DNA of 64,000 nt from an uncultured Candidatus Saccharibacteria bacterium (GTDB lineage Bacteria > Patescibacteriota > Saccharimonadia > Saccharimonadales > CAZVRA01): the NCBI GenBank assembly GCA_964630055.1, contig CAZVRA010000002.1, positions 143,021-207,020 of the forward strand, read 5' to 3'. This document shows, piece after piece, positions 9,529 to 18,639 of the stretch. The position numbers and the translations under genes are program-made. Below the pieces are notes generated by a model. It saw nothing but the letters and a program-made list of their open reading frames with translations. It did no database searches and had not been told where the DNA came from. Each line of letters opens with the position of its first letter. The first letter of the stretch is position 1.

Positions 9529-10179
9529 ATGGGTAATCTAGTGGGCGACTATTTTGTGCCTTTATTCTTTGTGATGGGCACTGGAGCGATGTGGTTTTTG
9601 GCTTATAAATTCTTGCTAGCCAAAGATGCTACTTATCGTCATTTTGGTGCTGGGCTTGGGCTTTACGGCCTGGCTTTTGCTATATGGACCGTCCTGGTTT
9701 TTACCAAACCCGAAAATCTCGAAGTTCTTACAACCTTGGGTGTCATTCCGTTTGCGCTGGCTCACTTGTTCTTTCTGATGTCTAGTACAGAAAGCCTCAA
9801 GGCCAAAAACCGTTCCCTGATTATTATGAGCGGCGTTGTTTATCTGGCTGCACTATTTTTGCTCAGAACTTTTGTTTATCCATCGCACCCCGGATTTTCC
9901 GAAAACGGCTTGTTTTATTTTAACGCCCAACCACCGGTTGTTGCCTTTTACATCGGTGCTTTCGCGGCTTCTTTGGTACCAGCTATTTATTCGGTTAGTC
10001 AAAAAATGAAAGACGAAACGCTAAAGTACGTCACACAAATAGGATTTACCATTGCCGCAATTGGCGGAATAGTGCTGGTTACTAGCCTAGACGATAATTT
10101 GCAGACCATTAACGGCTGGGTTATGGGATTTACCTACGCCGTACTACTTTGGACCTACTCCGTTAAAAAAATCAAGTAG
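9529..10179 (+). CDS. hypothetical 7-TM membrane protein
   Basis: 216 aa. Seven hydrophobic segments by eye. Own promoter and SD. No family recognised. Confidence 0.6.
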   Translation: MGNLVGDYFVPLFFVMGTGAMWFLAYKFLLAKDATYRHFGAGLGLYGLAFAIWTVLVFTKPENLEVLTTLGVIPFALAHLFFLMSSTESLKAKNRSLIIMSGVVYLAALFLLRTFVYPSHPGFSENGLFYFNAQPPVVAFYIGAFAASLVPAIYSVSQKMKDETLKYVTQIGFTIAAIGGIVLVTSLDDNLQTINGWVMGFTYAVLLWTYSVKKIK

Positions 10180-10701
10180 TCAAACAGAAGACTTTTTAGC
10201 TCGCTTTAAACTTATAACTATAAGTACGGTGCTGATAATAGCAAGTAAAATAGCTACTGGACTGAAGATTATACCAAAAAGTTGAATAAACGGTATTACA
10301 TTTAGGACAATAATAAAATTCCTGACTCCTATAAGACACGCGACAACTTTGTCCATATTGCTTGTTGGGGTGTCTTTTAATTTACTGCCAGCCCACCGTT
10401 CAAACAGAAAGCAGCAGATAAAAAAGCCAACAGCAATTAGCATGAGAATAAAGAACGTTGATAGGGCCGGATTCTTTAAAAGTATTGGCAGATCTACGAC
10501 AATTAGTATACCCAAGCATAAGCCTAAACAGATTAGATTAATAGTTTTTATCCAAGATGACCATACATTATTAACAGCTGGCGGATTACTAGCGGGCAAA
10601 GTTACCTCCGGGGGCACTGCAGTAGCTGTGGTAGCTGTGGTTGCGAGTTCGGGTTCTGATATATTATTAGGTTCTTGATTTGGTTGTTGATTTGGTTGCA
10701 T
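10180..10701 (-). CDS. hypothetical membrane protein with Pro/Gln/Thr-rich N-terminus
   Basis: 173 aa. MQPNQQPNQEPNN low-complexity head followed by 3-4 TM segments. No family recognised. Confidence 0.5.
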   Translation of the reverse strand: MQPNQQPNQEPNNISEPELATTATTATAVPPEVTLPASNPPAVNNVWSSWIKTINLICLGLCLGILIVVDLPILLKNPALSTFFILMLIAVGFFICCFLFERWAGSKLKDTPTSNMDKVVACLIGVRNFIIVLNVIPFIQLFGIIFSPVAILLAIISTVLIVISLKRAKKSSV

Positions 10702-10792
10702 ACTGCGTAGTATAGCTTATATTTAGTAAATAATTTAGTGGTTATTTTATCATCACCGGCAAAGTATTTAAACATGTATAATTACCTGTATT

Positions 10793-11965
10793 ATGAGCAT
10801 GGTAAATCTTCTAGATACTATTTTTAGTCAGGTAGAGGGCGTGCGTTTTGATATTGATCTGTGGAATGGCCAAAGCCTGCAATATGGCAGTGGTCGCAGC
10901 AAAGCGTTTACGCTAGTTTTTAAAGACGAATGGACGGCCAAGCGTCTTTTGTCGCAGGGCGCGCTGGGGTTTGGCGAATCTTACATGGAGGGCAAGCTGC
11001 TTGTTGAGGGCGATTTGGAGGCATACCTTAGTCTGCGGCATCAGTTTAAAAAAATTAAACTTTCGCCCCGGATGATGGCTGCCGCTTATTTGTCTACCAG
11101 AAGCGTGCCCAAAAATACCAAAGAGCAAATCTCTTACCACTACGATATTGGCAATGATTTTTTTGGCCTAATATTAGACCAAAAGTCGATGTCATATTCG
11201 TGCGGGCTTTACGACAAAGGGGTCGAAAGCCTTGCCGCTGCCCAACAAAACAAAATAAAACTGGTCTGCGATTGGCTAGACTTGCCCGCTGGCGCGAATG
11301 TGCTGGATCTTGGTTGTGGCTGGGGCGGGTTTGCCGTTTACGCTGCCCAAAAACATAACTGGAAAATCACTGCCTGTACGCTCAGCAAACAGCAGTACAA
11401 ATATTGCCAAAAATTGGTTAAAGCGAATGCGTTGCACAAAAAAGTTAGCTTAAAGTGCCAAGACATGCTAAAAGATTTGCCCGCAGGCGAGTTCGACGCA
11501 ATAGTGATGATCGAATCAATCGAACACGTTGGCAAATCCAATTTAGAAGATTTTATTAACAAATTGTATGACAAATTAAGGCCTGGCGGAGTTCTCTATA
11601 TCCAGACAACTGGCAAATATAAACCCAAAATGCCAGATAAGTGGACGCTCAAATATGTTTTTCCGGGTGGATATTTGCCGTCGCAGCAGGAGCTGGTCGA
11701 CGCCGCCTCCGGCGCCGGATTTGAGCTCCAAAAGTTTATAGACGACACGCCAAGTTATGTACTAACGCTAAAGGAATGGATTAAAAACCTCGAGTCAAAT
11801 CGCTCAAAAATAGAGCAGATGTTTGACCCGAAATTCTACCGCCTGTGGGAGCTGTGGATGCACGGCGCTAAAGTGGCATTTGAGGTTAATTCGATGGGCT
11901 TGTTTCGCATAAAATTGCGAAAACCCTTAAGGCTTGGTGCGGAGCCAGCAAACAATAAGCGGTAG
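10793..11965 (+). CDS. cfa: cyclopropane-fatty-acyl-phospholipid synthase family SAM-dependent methyltransferase
   Basis: 390 aa. VLDLGCGWGGFAVYAA SAM motif, YSCGLY and IESIEHVG strings typical of Cfa/mycolic-acid cyclopropane synthases. Confidence 0.85.
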   Translation: MSMVNLLDTIFSQVEGVRFDIDLWNGQSLQYGSGRSKAFTLVFKDEWTAKRLLSQGALGFGESYMEGKLLVEGDLEAYLSLRHQFKKIKLSPRMMAAAYLSTRSVPKNTKEQISYHYDIGNDFFGLILDQKSMSYSCGLYDKGVESLAAAQQNKIKLVCDWLDLPAGANVLDLGCGWGGFAVYAAQKHNWKITACTLSKQQYKYCQKLVKANALHKKVSLKCQDMLKDLPAGEFDAIVMIESIEHVGKSNLEDFINKLYDKLRPGGVLYIQTTGKYKPKMPDKWTLKYVFPGGYLPSQQELVDAASGAGFELQKFIDDTPSYVLTLKEWIKNLESNRSKIEQMFDPKFYRLWELWMHGAKVAFEVNSMGLFRIKLRKPLRLGAEPANNKR

Positions 11966-11967
11966 AA

Positions 11968-12663
11968 CTAGCTTAATTTAACTATTTTTTTCATGACCCG
12001 CCTGGCCGCCGTTTCGCAGGCTCTTTGGCTACTCTTGGTTATTGAGCTGCTCGGTTCGTTAAAAATATCTTGCGCAAATATTGGCTCGCCAAATGTTATG
12101 GTCAACTTCGGTCTGCGCTTTAGGTAATCTTTGAACGAAGTTTGTCTGTTTATGCCTTTTATGTGCATAGGAATTATTGGCAAACCAGTTTTTGCTGCCA
12201 AGTAGGCTACGCCACCCCTGGCTTCTAGGTAGTCGCCGTCATTATGTATCCGGCCAACCGGAAAAATGCACACAGAAAACCCTTTTTTTATGGCTTTTAG
12301 GTGGTTGGCTAGTGCCTTTTGGTAGTTGTTTAGGCCGCTATGCGCCTCGTAGCCGCCAATAATATTAAAGAAAAATCCCCCATAAAAAATTTTGCGTAGA
12401 CCTGTCCAGTTGGATGCGTAAAAGCCCTTGCCTTTTACCACATAAATCAGCGGTATTATGTCAGAAAAAAATGGCAAACACGACACTATTATAAGCGGGT
12501 CAAGCTCGCTAACATGATTGCTAGCAATAATGACGTTACCTTTTGTGGCTTTAATATTATCCAGGCCGTTAATTTTGGCCGAACCGCCAACAAGTATTAG
12601 CAGCCTAATTGGCAGCCAAATAATACGCTGAAAAAAACTAGGCCAGCTGAATTTTGTTGTCAC
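11968..12663 (-). CDS. 1-acyl-sn-glycerol-3-phosphate (lysophospholipid) acyltransferase family protein
   Basis: NHVSELD (HX4D) and FPVGR(I) motifs. GTG start overlaps the stop of the upstream UbiA gene (GTGA). Confidence 0.8.
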   Translation of the reverse strand: MTTKFSWPSFFQRIIWLPIRLLILVGGSAKINGLDNIKATKGNVIIASNHVSELDPLIIVSCLPFFSDIIPLIYVVKGKGFYASNWTGLRKIFYGGFFFNIIGGYEAHSGLNNYQKALANHLKAIKKGFSVCIFPVGRIHNDGDYLEARGGVAYLAAKTGLPIIPMHIKGINRQTSFKDYLKRRPKLTITFGEPIFAQDIFNEPSSSITKSSQRACETAARRVMKKIVKLS

Positions 12664-13637
12664 GGGCCAGGCATCCTCTTGGTCAATAAAAATAGTGCTA
12701 ACCCTGGAACTAATGGTAGCAAGACATGCTCCGTGGTTTGATGCGGCAAGTAGTTTTTGCTTGCAAAATAAACCAGCAAAGTCAGTATCGAGCAGTTGCC
12801 TATTTGGGCCGTGACCTTAATTAGCCGTAACTGATCGGACATTTTTTTTGTTGCTGCCAGCTTGCTTAGTAGCCACAGTACAATAATATTACCCAAGGCC
12901 AACGAAACTAGTGCTCCCGGCGAAAAATTTATGGCTACTGCAATAAATACCAGCGAAGCAAAGGCACAAATTCCGCTAACTATGCAAGTTGCTTTGCTGC
13001 CAAAACGTATTAAAAAAGTTTGTTTGCCAAATTTTTTGTCGCCTTTTACGTCGCGGAAATCTTTTAGCAAAATTCGGGCAATAAAACCAAAATAAATGCC
13101 AATTGCCAGTAACCACGTGTAGTAACTGGGGCGATTAGCCGAAAAATAGCCAACTATAAAGGGCTGGAATGTGTAAGTGGCAGGTAGTGTTAGCGGCGAC
13201 AAAATGGTTTTGTCGGTGATCCGCAGTGGGCTCAGCGAATAAGCGTAGCTGTAGGTAGCCACAATGATGGTGGCAGCTCCGGCAATGGGACCCAATAAAA
13301 ATGACAAACCAACTGCTGCTAGTCCGCAGACTGCCTGAAGGATCCAGAGCTGCCGCCGGGTGATATCTTGGCTCAAAAGTGGCCGGTCACTCGCGTTTTT
13401 TAAATTAATTTTGTCTATACTGTAATCTGCCAGGTCGTTTATGGCGTTGCCGTGGACTAATAGCAGCACTATAACTAACACGGCCACGACAATGCTAGGA
13501 GCTATGCCACCAGAGGCCAGGCTGCCCAAAACGGCGATGCTACAGCAAGATACAACAATAGGGATTCTGGCCAACTTGCGAGCAGCCGTTAACATGCCGA
13601 CTAACATGCTTGCATCTTTTTGATTCCTGAAATCCAC
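12660..13637 (-). CDS. UbiA-family prenyltransferase
   Basis: 325 aa with 8-9 TM segments. First Asp-rich motif NAINDLADYSIDKIN...RPL. Second region KDFRDVKGDKKFG. Confidence 0.8.
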   Translation of the reverse strand: MDFRNQKDASMLVGMLTAARKLARIPIVVSCCSIAVLGSLASGGIAPSIVVAVLVIVLLLVHGNAINDLADYSIDKINLKNASDRPLLSQDITRRQLWILQAVCGLAAVGLSFLLGPIAGAATIIVATYSYAYSLSPLRITDKTILSPLTLPATYTFQPFIVGYFSANRPSYYTWLLAIGIYFGFIARILLKDFRDVKGDKKFGKQTFLIRFGSKATCIVSGICAFASLVFIAVAINFSPGALVSLALGNIIVLWLLSKLAATKKMSDQLRLIKVTAQIGNCSILTLLVYFASKNYLPHQTTEHVLLPLVPGLALFLLTKRMPGP

Positions 13638-13659
13638 AACTGCTAGTATACTTTAATTA

Positions 13660-14589
13660 ATGTCTAAAGCAGAACCAAGCCGACTTGATAAGATTTACAA
13701 ACAGAGCAAATTAAAGCCGCCATACAAAGACTGGCCTTTTGTTAAACGTTTCTGGGTATTCCAGAATGAGCGGGCACCTATTATTGCATTGTTTGTTGTT
13801 GGTCTGGCGCTGGCGGCTGCGGTTTCTCGTATTAGCGGTGGCCCTAATTGGCTCCGAGTGCTAATTGCCGCCTCGATGTCTGCCCTGTATTTTTTGCAGA
13901 TCAGACTGGCCGACGAGCCCAAGGACTTTGAGCACGACAACCAGTTTCACCCCAACCGACCAGTGCAAAGAGGCTTAATTACTCTATCAGAGCTTAATAC
14001 GGTCAAAAAGATATGTATTTTTTTGTTTTTGGCGCTGGCTTGTCTGACTAAGTCGCCACTAATTATTGCTTTAGCGCTAGTGCAGCAATGCTACTCGTTT
14101 TTAACCCGCAAAGAGTTTTTTATTCGCGATTGGCTAAGGCAGCACTTTTTTATTTACCAATATTCGCATTATGCTCAGCTGTTAATTTTGAGCTGGCTAA
14201 GCGTAACGGTTTTAGGAATCCAGGGCTTGCATGAGCAGCTGATATATTTTGGATTTTTCCTGAGCATGATTGCCCCGGTCGAAGCTTCCAGAACAATTGG
14301 TGGCAGCGACGGTAAACAGGCCGATGATCGGTTTTCTTTTAAAATGGGCGTTGGCGTAGCGCTTATGAGCTTTTTGCTGGTTACTGCTATTGCAATTGCC
14401 TACGCCGTATTTTTATTGGCGCATACGGGCAAAAACCTCAATCCGATAATGCTTGGGCTTGGCCTGCTTGTAGTCGCCGCCGCCGCGATTCGCTACGAGC
14501 ACGACCCGGTGACCAAAAACGCCCAAATATTAAATGTTTCGTCGCTAGTGATGTACTTGTGTATTGCCGGCACTCTGTTGATAGGCTAG
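13660..14589 (+). CDS. divergent UbiA-superfamily-like polytopic membrane protein
   Basis: 309 aa, about 8 TM segments. DEPKDFEHD (DxxxDxxxD) followed by NRPVQRG, resembling the UbiA first motif. TATACT lies 7 nt upstream of the ATG. Confidence 0.55.
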   Translation: MSKAEPSRLDKIYKQSKLKPPYKDWPFVKRFWVFQNERAPIIALFVVGLALAAAVSRISGGPNWLRVLIAASMSALYFLQIRLADEPKDFEHDNQFHPNRPVQRGLITLSELNTVKKICIFLFLALACLTKSPLIIALALVQQCYSFLTRKEFFIRDWLRQHFFIYQYSHYAQLLILSWLSVTVLGIQGLHEQLIYFGFFLSMIAPVEASRTIGGSDGKQADDRFSFKMGVGVALMSFLLVTAIAIAYAVFLLAHTGKNLNPIMLGLGLLVVAAAAIRYEHDPVTKNAQILNVSSLVMYLCIAGTLLIG

Positions 14590-14596
14590 CCAAATT

Positions 14597-16999
14597 ATGC
14601 ACGGTAATAAAGCAAATAACCTACAATCCGTTGGCAAGCTGGGATTGCCCGTACCCGAATTTTATGTTGTAGACGCTGAGTCCTTGAGTAAAATATGCCA
14701 AAAAAAAGCTGCGGCAAAATTGGCAACAATAACAGAGGCAAAGCTACTCAAAAGTTTTAGGTACTGGTGCCAGCAAAATGATATTAAAGAAGTGGCAGTA
14801 AGGTCGTCGGCAGAGGCCGAAGATTCTAAAGACCAATCTTTTGCCGGACAATTTGCCAGTGTTATGAAGGTGTCTACAGATGAGCAATTTATAAAAGCGC
14901 TGAAAGAAGTTTTTTTGAGTCGCCCCCAGAACGGATACGGCAAAAAAACTAATCACAAGGTGCACGCCATTGTGCAGCGGTATGTCGAACCAAACGCTGC
15001 TGGCGTTTTGTTTACGGTTAACCCTGCTAACGGTTTGTCCGAAATGCTAATAAATGCCAGCGCTGGTCATGGCGGCAAAGTTGTCGATGGCAGCGAAGCA
15101 CAGTCATTTTATGTCGATAGAATTTCTGGCGATATCCGCACCGAAAAAACTGCCAACTTTGGCCTGTTGCCTCAGGCTCAAATTACCGAATTAACAAGCA
15201 TGGGCCTAATGATTGAGCAGCATTTTGGATCGCCCCAGGATATTGAGTGGGCGGTTGCCGCTGGCAAAATATACATTTTACAATCAAGGCCAATTACTAA
15301 CATTAACTACCTAAAAGTGTGGGACAACGCCAATATTGGCGAGAGTTTTCCTGGGATTGTTATGCCCCTGACTTTTTCGATTGCCCGTCGGGGCTACGAG
15401 CTGGTGTATAAATCGCAAGCTTTCGAAGGCGGCATGAGCTGGTATCAGCTGGAAGCAAATCATCGGATATTTCATGATATGGTTGGTTTGTTTGGTGGTC
15501 GTATGTACTACAATTTGGCCAGCTGGTATCAGTTTATTGGCCTCTTCCCTAGCAATCGGCGAAATCAGAAATTTTTGGATGATCAGTTGCAGACTGTCGG
15601 CGACGTTGTCTACTTGCCACCTAGCTCGTATCCGGCGCGCCAGAAAATTGGTTTTTATGCCAGGGCACTTAGGCGCACGCTGCTGTTTGAGCAAGAAAAG
15701 CAGCGATACTGGGATCGGCTGGATGATGCTTTTGCAAAGTACCAGATGCTGCCACAAGGTCAGTCGTTGCCGCTACTGCTTAAGCGATATGTGTTTGTCG
15801 AACAAATGATTGTGCCGCATATGGGCCGCAGCGCCGACAACGATTTTTTTGTTATGACTTATCATGGCCTGCTAAAACGCTACTTACGCAAGTGGTTGGG
15901 CGACAGTCAGGACTCATCCGCTAATTTTTTGGGAGCTTTAAACGACGTTATTAGTGCCCGCCAAGCCGAGCTGCTAACCATCATTGCTAGTAAAATTAAC
16001 AACGACCAAAAAGCCAGCCAGTACTTGGCCCGTGGCAACTTTAAGCAGCTAGACAACCATTTAACGACTGGCGCAGCCGCACCCTTTATAAACGAATATC
16101 GAGCCAAATTTTTGCATCGCTTTGCTGGCGACCAAAAAATTGAATCCACCAACCCGCTGCTAAGTTTGGACGGATTTTACAGCTTAATTAAAACCTACTG
16201 CCAGCTGGATTCGCAAGCCGCCGAATTGAGGCGCTCCCAAGCCATCAAGGCCGATCATGACCGCCGCCGCCAGGTCATGAAGCAGCTGAATCAGTTGCAA
16301 AAAATACTCTACAAAGTGCTACTAAAGCGCCTTAAGCATCATTTACGAATTCGTGAGCACAATCGTTTGACCAGAGGTAAAGCTTACGCTTTGCTACGCG
16401 AGCTTTTTCCTTTGGTTGGCAAGGAGCTGACAGAGCTGGGCATTATAGTCGCCGCCAGCGACGTTTATTATCTTGATATCGAGGAAATTCTGCGCTACGT
16501 TAACGGTACTGGCTATGGTGATGATGCTAGGCAAACGGTTGCGGCTCGCAAGCTTCGGTATAAGTCTTACAAAAAAACCAAAGTTCCTAGCCGTTTTATT
16601 ACAACTATGCTGGCCGATAAATTGCCTGATGCTGCCGCGCCGCCCACCGACCGGTCAATTATTGCGGCCAAATCACTGCCTGGTGCGTTGTCGTCACCAG
16701 GCGACGCCAGAGGTAAAGTTATAGTTTTGGACGAGCCGATATTGCCCAAAGAGCCGTTCGAAATACTGGTGGTGTCGCACACCGATCCTGGTTGGACGCC
16801 GCTGATTGCGCTTGCCAAGGGAGTTATTGTGGAGCACGGCGGAGTATTGTCGCATGCAGCAATTGTTACCCGCGAACTAGGGATCCCTAGCATTATTGGC
16901 GTCAAGGACGCTACTCAGGTATTAAAAAATGGCATGGAAGTTAACATTAACGCAGCCAAAAGTAGCGTCGACATTATTAAGCACAAGCAAGAATTATGA
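14597..16999 (+). CDS. PEP-utilising-enzyme-family dikinase with rifampin-phosphotransferase-like architecture (ATP-grasp, central domain, C-terminal swivel His)
   Basis: N-terminal PPDK_N-type strings (VRSSAEAEDSKDQSFAGQF, IEWA...YILQSRPIT). Extreme C-terminal mobile domain GGVLSHAAIVTRELGIPSIIGV. No PEP/pyruvate TIM-barrel domain follows. Confidence 0.8.
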   Translation: MHGNKANNLQSVGKLGLPVPEFYVVDAESLSKICQKKAAAKLATITEAKLLKSFRYWCQQNDIKEVAVRSSAEAEDSKDQSFAGQFASVMKVSTDEQFIKALKEVFLSRPQNGYGKKTNHKVHAIVQRYVEPNAAGVLFTVNPANGLSEMLINASAGHGGKVVDGSEAQSFYVDRISGDIRTEKTANFGLLPQAQITELTSMGLMIEQHFGSPQDIEWAVAAGKIYILQSRPITNINYLKVWDNANIGESFPGIVMPLTFSIARRGYELVYKSQAFEGGMSWYQLEANHRIFHDMVGLFGGRMYYNLASWYQFIGLFPSNRRNQKFLDDQLQTVGDVVYLPPSSYPARQKIGFYARALRRTLLFEQEKQRYWDRLDDAFAKYQMLPQGQSLPLLLKRYVFVEQMIVPHMGRSADNDFFVMTYHGLLKRYLRKWLGDSQDSSANFLGALNDVISARQAELLTIIASKINNDQKASQYLARGNFKQLDNHLTTGAAAPFINEYRAKFLHRFAGDQKIESTNPLLSLDGFYSLIKTYCQLDSQAAELRRSQAIKADHDRRRQVMKQLNQLQKILYKVLLKRLKHHLRIREHNRLTRGKAYALLRELFPLVGKELTELGIIVAASDVYYLDIEEILRYVNGTGYGDDARQTVAARKLRYKSYKKTKVPSRFITTMLADKLPDAAAPPTDRSIIAAKSLPGALSSPGDARGKVIVLDEPILPKEPFEILVVSHTDPGWTPLIALAKGVIVEHGGVLSHAAIVTRELGIPSIIGVKDATQVLKNGMEVNINAAKSSVDIIKHKQEL

Positions 17000-17622
17000 G
17001 TAAAAACCCAAAACCAACACAAAACCCAAGTGCAAAACCCGGGCACCTACTGGCCGAACTATCTCGGGCAGATTTTGTGACGCTGGCAGCCGTTTTGGCA
17101 ATTGTTAATTCTTTTTGGCTGCTTTGGCACGGCTTGACCGAACTGGCCGTCGCTTTGGCATTTGTCTCTACATTTTTGGACTATTTGGATGGAGTGGTAG
17201 CCAGGCGGCACGGTAGCTCGCCTTACGGCAAGGTGCTGGACTCACTTTATGATGTTTTGGGTTGGGTGCTTTTTCCGGCGCTGGTGGTTAATATTCGGAC
17301 TCATTGGGCTTGGTGGTCGATTGTGGTAACGACCATTTTTTGCCTGTTTGCTATTTTGCGGCTTGGTCGTTTTACGATTGGCGGCTACGAAGAATCCGTG
17401 GCACCTAACAAGCTGCACTACACCGGTTTGCCGGTTTTATTTAGCAAGTATGCCCTGCTGTTGGCTTTTGTCGCCAATGGAGCGCTGGCTGTGGCTACAC
17501 TGGCAATAATGACTCCGCTTATGGTGTCTAATCGGCGTATACCAAAGCCACATAAAATAACGGCCCAAATCGAACTAATATATGCTTTAATTTTTGTTTG
17601 GTTGTATTTTTATCATGGTTAG
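16996..17622 (+). CDS. CDP-alcohol phosphatidyltransferase family protein
   Basis: DGVVARRHGSSPYGKVLDSLYD fits DG(x2)AR(x7-8)G(x3)D(x3)D. Polytopic. ATGA overlap with the upstream dikinase. Confidence 0.85.
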   Translation: MSKNPKPTQNPSAKPGHLLAELSRADFVTLAAVLAIVNSFWLLWHGLTELAVALAFVSTFLDYLDGVVARRHGSSPYGKVLDSLYDVLGWVLFPALVVNIRTHWAWWSIVVTTIFCLFAILRLGRFTIGGYEESVAPNKLHYTGLPVLFSKYALLLAFVANGALAVATLAIMTPLMVSNRRIPKPHKITAQIELIYALIFVWLYFYHG

Positions 17623-18625
17623 CAGGCGCTCGCTTAAAACTAGTCTAAATGCCCTGGTGGAAATTACCAATAAAACGCACAAAACAGATATTGCACCAAT
17701 TGCCAATGCCATTTGGCGTAAGCAGTTGCAGTACAATAACCCTCTCTGGAAACATGTCGATGCCCAGGCTTTTATGGTGCAGCACAAGGACGGCTCGACG
17801 GCACACGTAATGGCCATGGTAGACCAGCGTTTACCTAAGCTTGGCCTGGTTGGATTTTTTGGTGCCACCAACGTCGAGCTTGGTGTCGAAGTTCTGCAAC
17901 AAGCCTGCGAATGGCTCAAGAACCGGCACGGCATTAAAGATGTTTACGGACCAATTAACGGCACTATTACTTGCAGCTATCGGTTTAATTTGGACAACGA
18001 TTATGCCATACCCGGCGAGCCGGTTAACCCGGTGTGGTACGTGGAAGTTTTTAAGCAGGCCGGTTTTAATGTTTTTAACCGATACGTTTCGGGTGTGGCC
18101 AAGCATGCCATGCTCTACATTAAATTTGTCACCCGCAAAAAACCTGCTAAGGGCTATCGGCACATAATTTTACAGCCTTTTGCGGCAGAAAATTCGGCGA
18201 TGGCCGGCAAACCAAGCCCAAATTTAAAAATTTATCATCAGTTAATGAATGACATCTTTCCGCTAAATAGTATCTATTGTCCGGTGATTTCGTTGGAGGA
18301 GCGGGCCTATAATATGGCGGGTTCCGAACACACTTTTGACCCGCGGTATTGTTTTTTTGCTTACGATGGCAAGCGGCCGGTCGGGTTCATTGTGGCCTTT
18401 GCACACAACGGCAATTTGGTGTTAAAGACCGTTGGGCTGTTGCCTGAGTATCGTGGCAAAAAGCTGTCCGACTTGCTGGTGCGCCGCGTTCATGAACAGG
18501 CCAAAAAAGATGGCCTAAAATCTGCAGTTTACTCTACCATCAGAACCACTACCCAAGTTTACAAAATGAAACGACCTGGGGTAAGAGTTTTTAGACGCTA
18601 CATCACCATGCACAAGGCCATATAA
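17615..18625 (+). CDS. GNAT-family N-acyltransferase with extended N-terminal domain
   Basis: C-terminal GNAT core (VGFIVAF...VGLLPEYRGKKLSDLLV...AKKDG). ATG at 17615 preferred over TTG at 17594. Overlaps the upstream stop. Confidence 0.6.
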   Translation: MVSRRSLKTSLNALVEITNKTHKTDIAPIANAIWRKQLQYNNPLWKHVDAQAFMVQHKDGSTAHVMAMVDQRLPKLGLVGFFGATNVELGVEVLQQACEWLKNRHGIKDVYGPINGTITCSYRFNLDNDYAIPGEPVNPVWYVEVFKQAGFNVFNRYVSGVAKHAMLYIKFVTRKKPAKGYRHIILQPFAAENSAMAGKPSPNLKIYHQLMNDIFPLNSIYCPVISLEERAYNMAGSEHTFDPRYCFFAYDGKRPVGFIVAFAHNGNLVLKTVGLLPEYRGKKLSDLLVRRVHEQAKKDGLKSAVYSTIRTTTQVYKMKRPGVRVFRRYITMHKAI

Positions 18626-18639
18626 AAACTATTGCAGAT

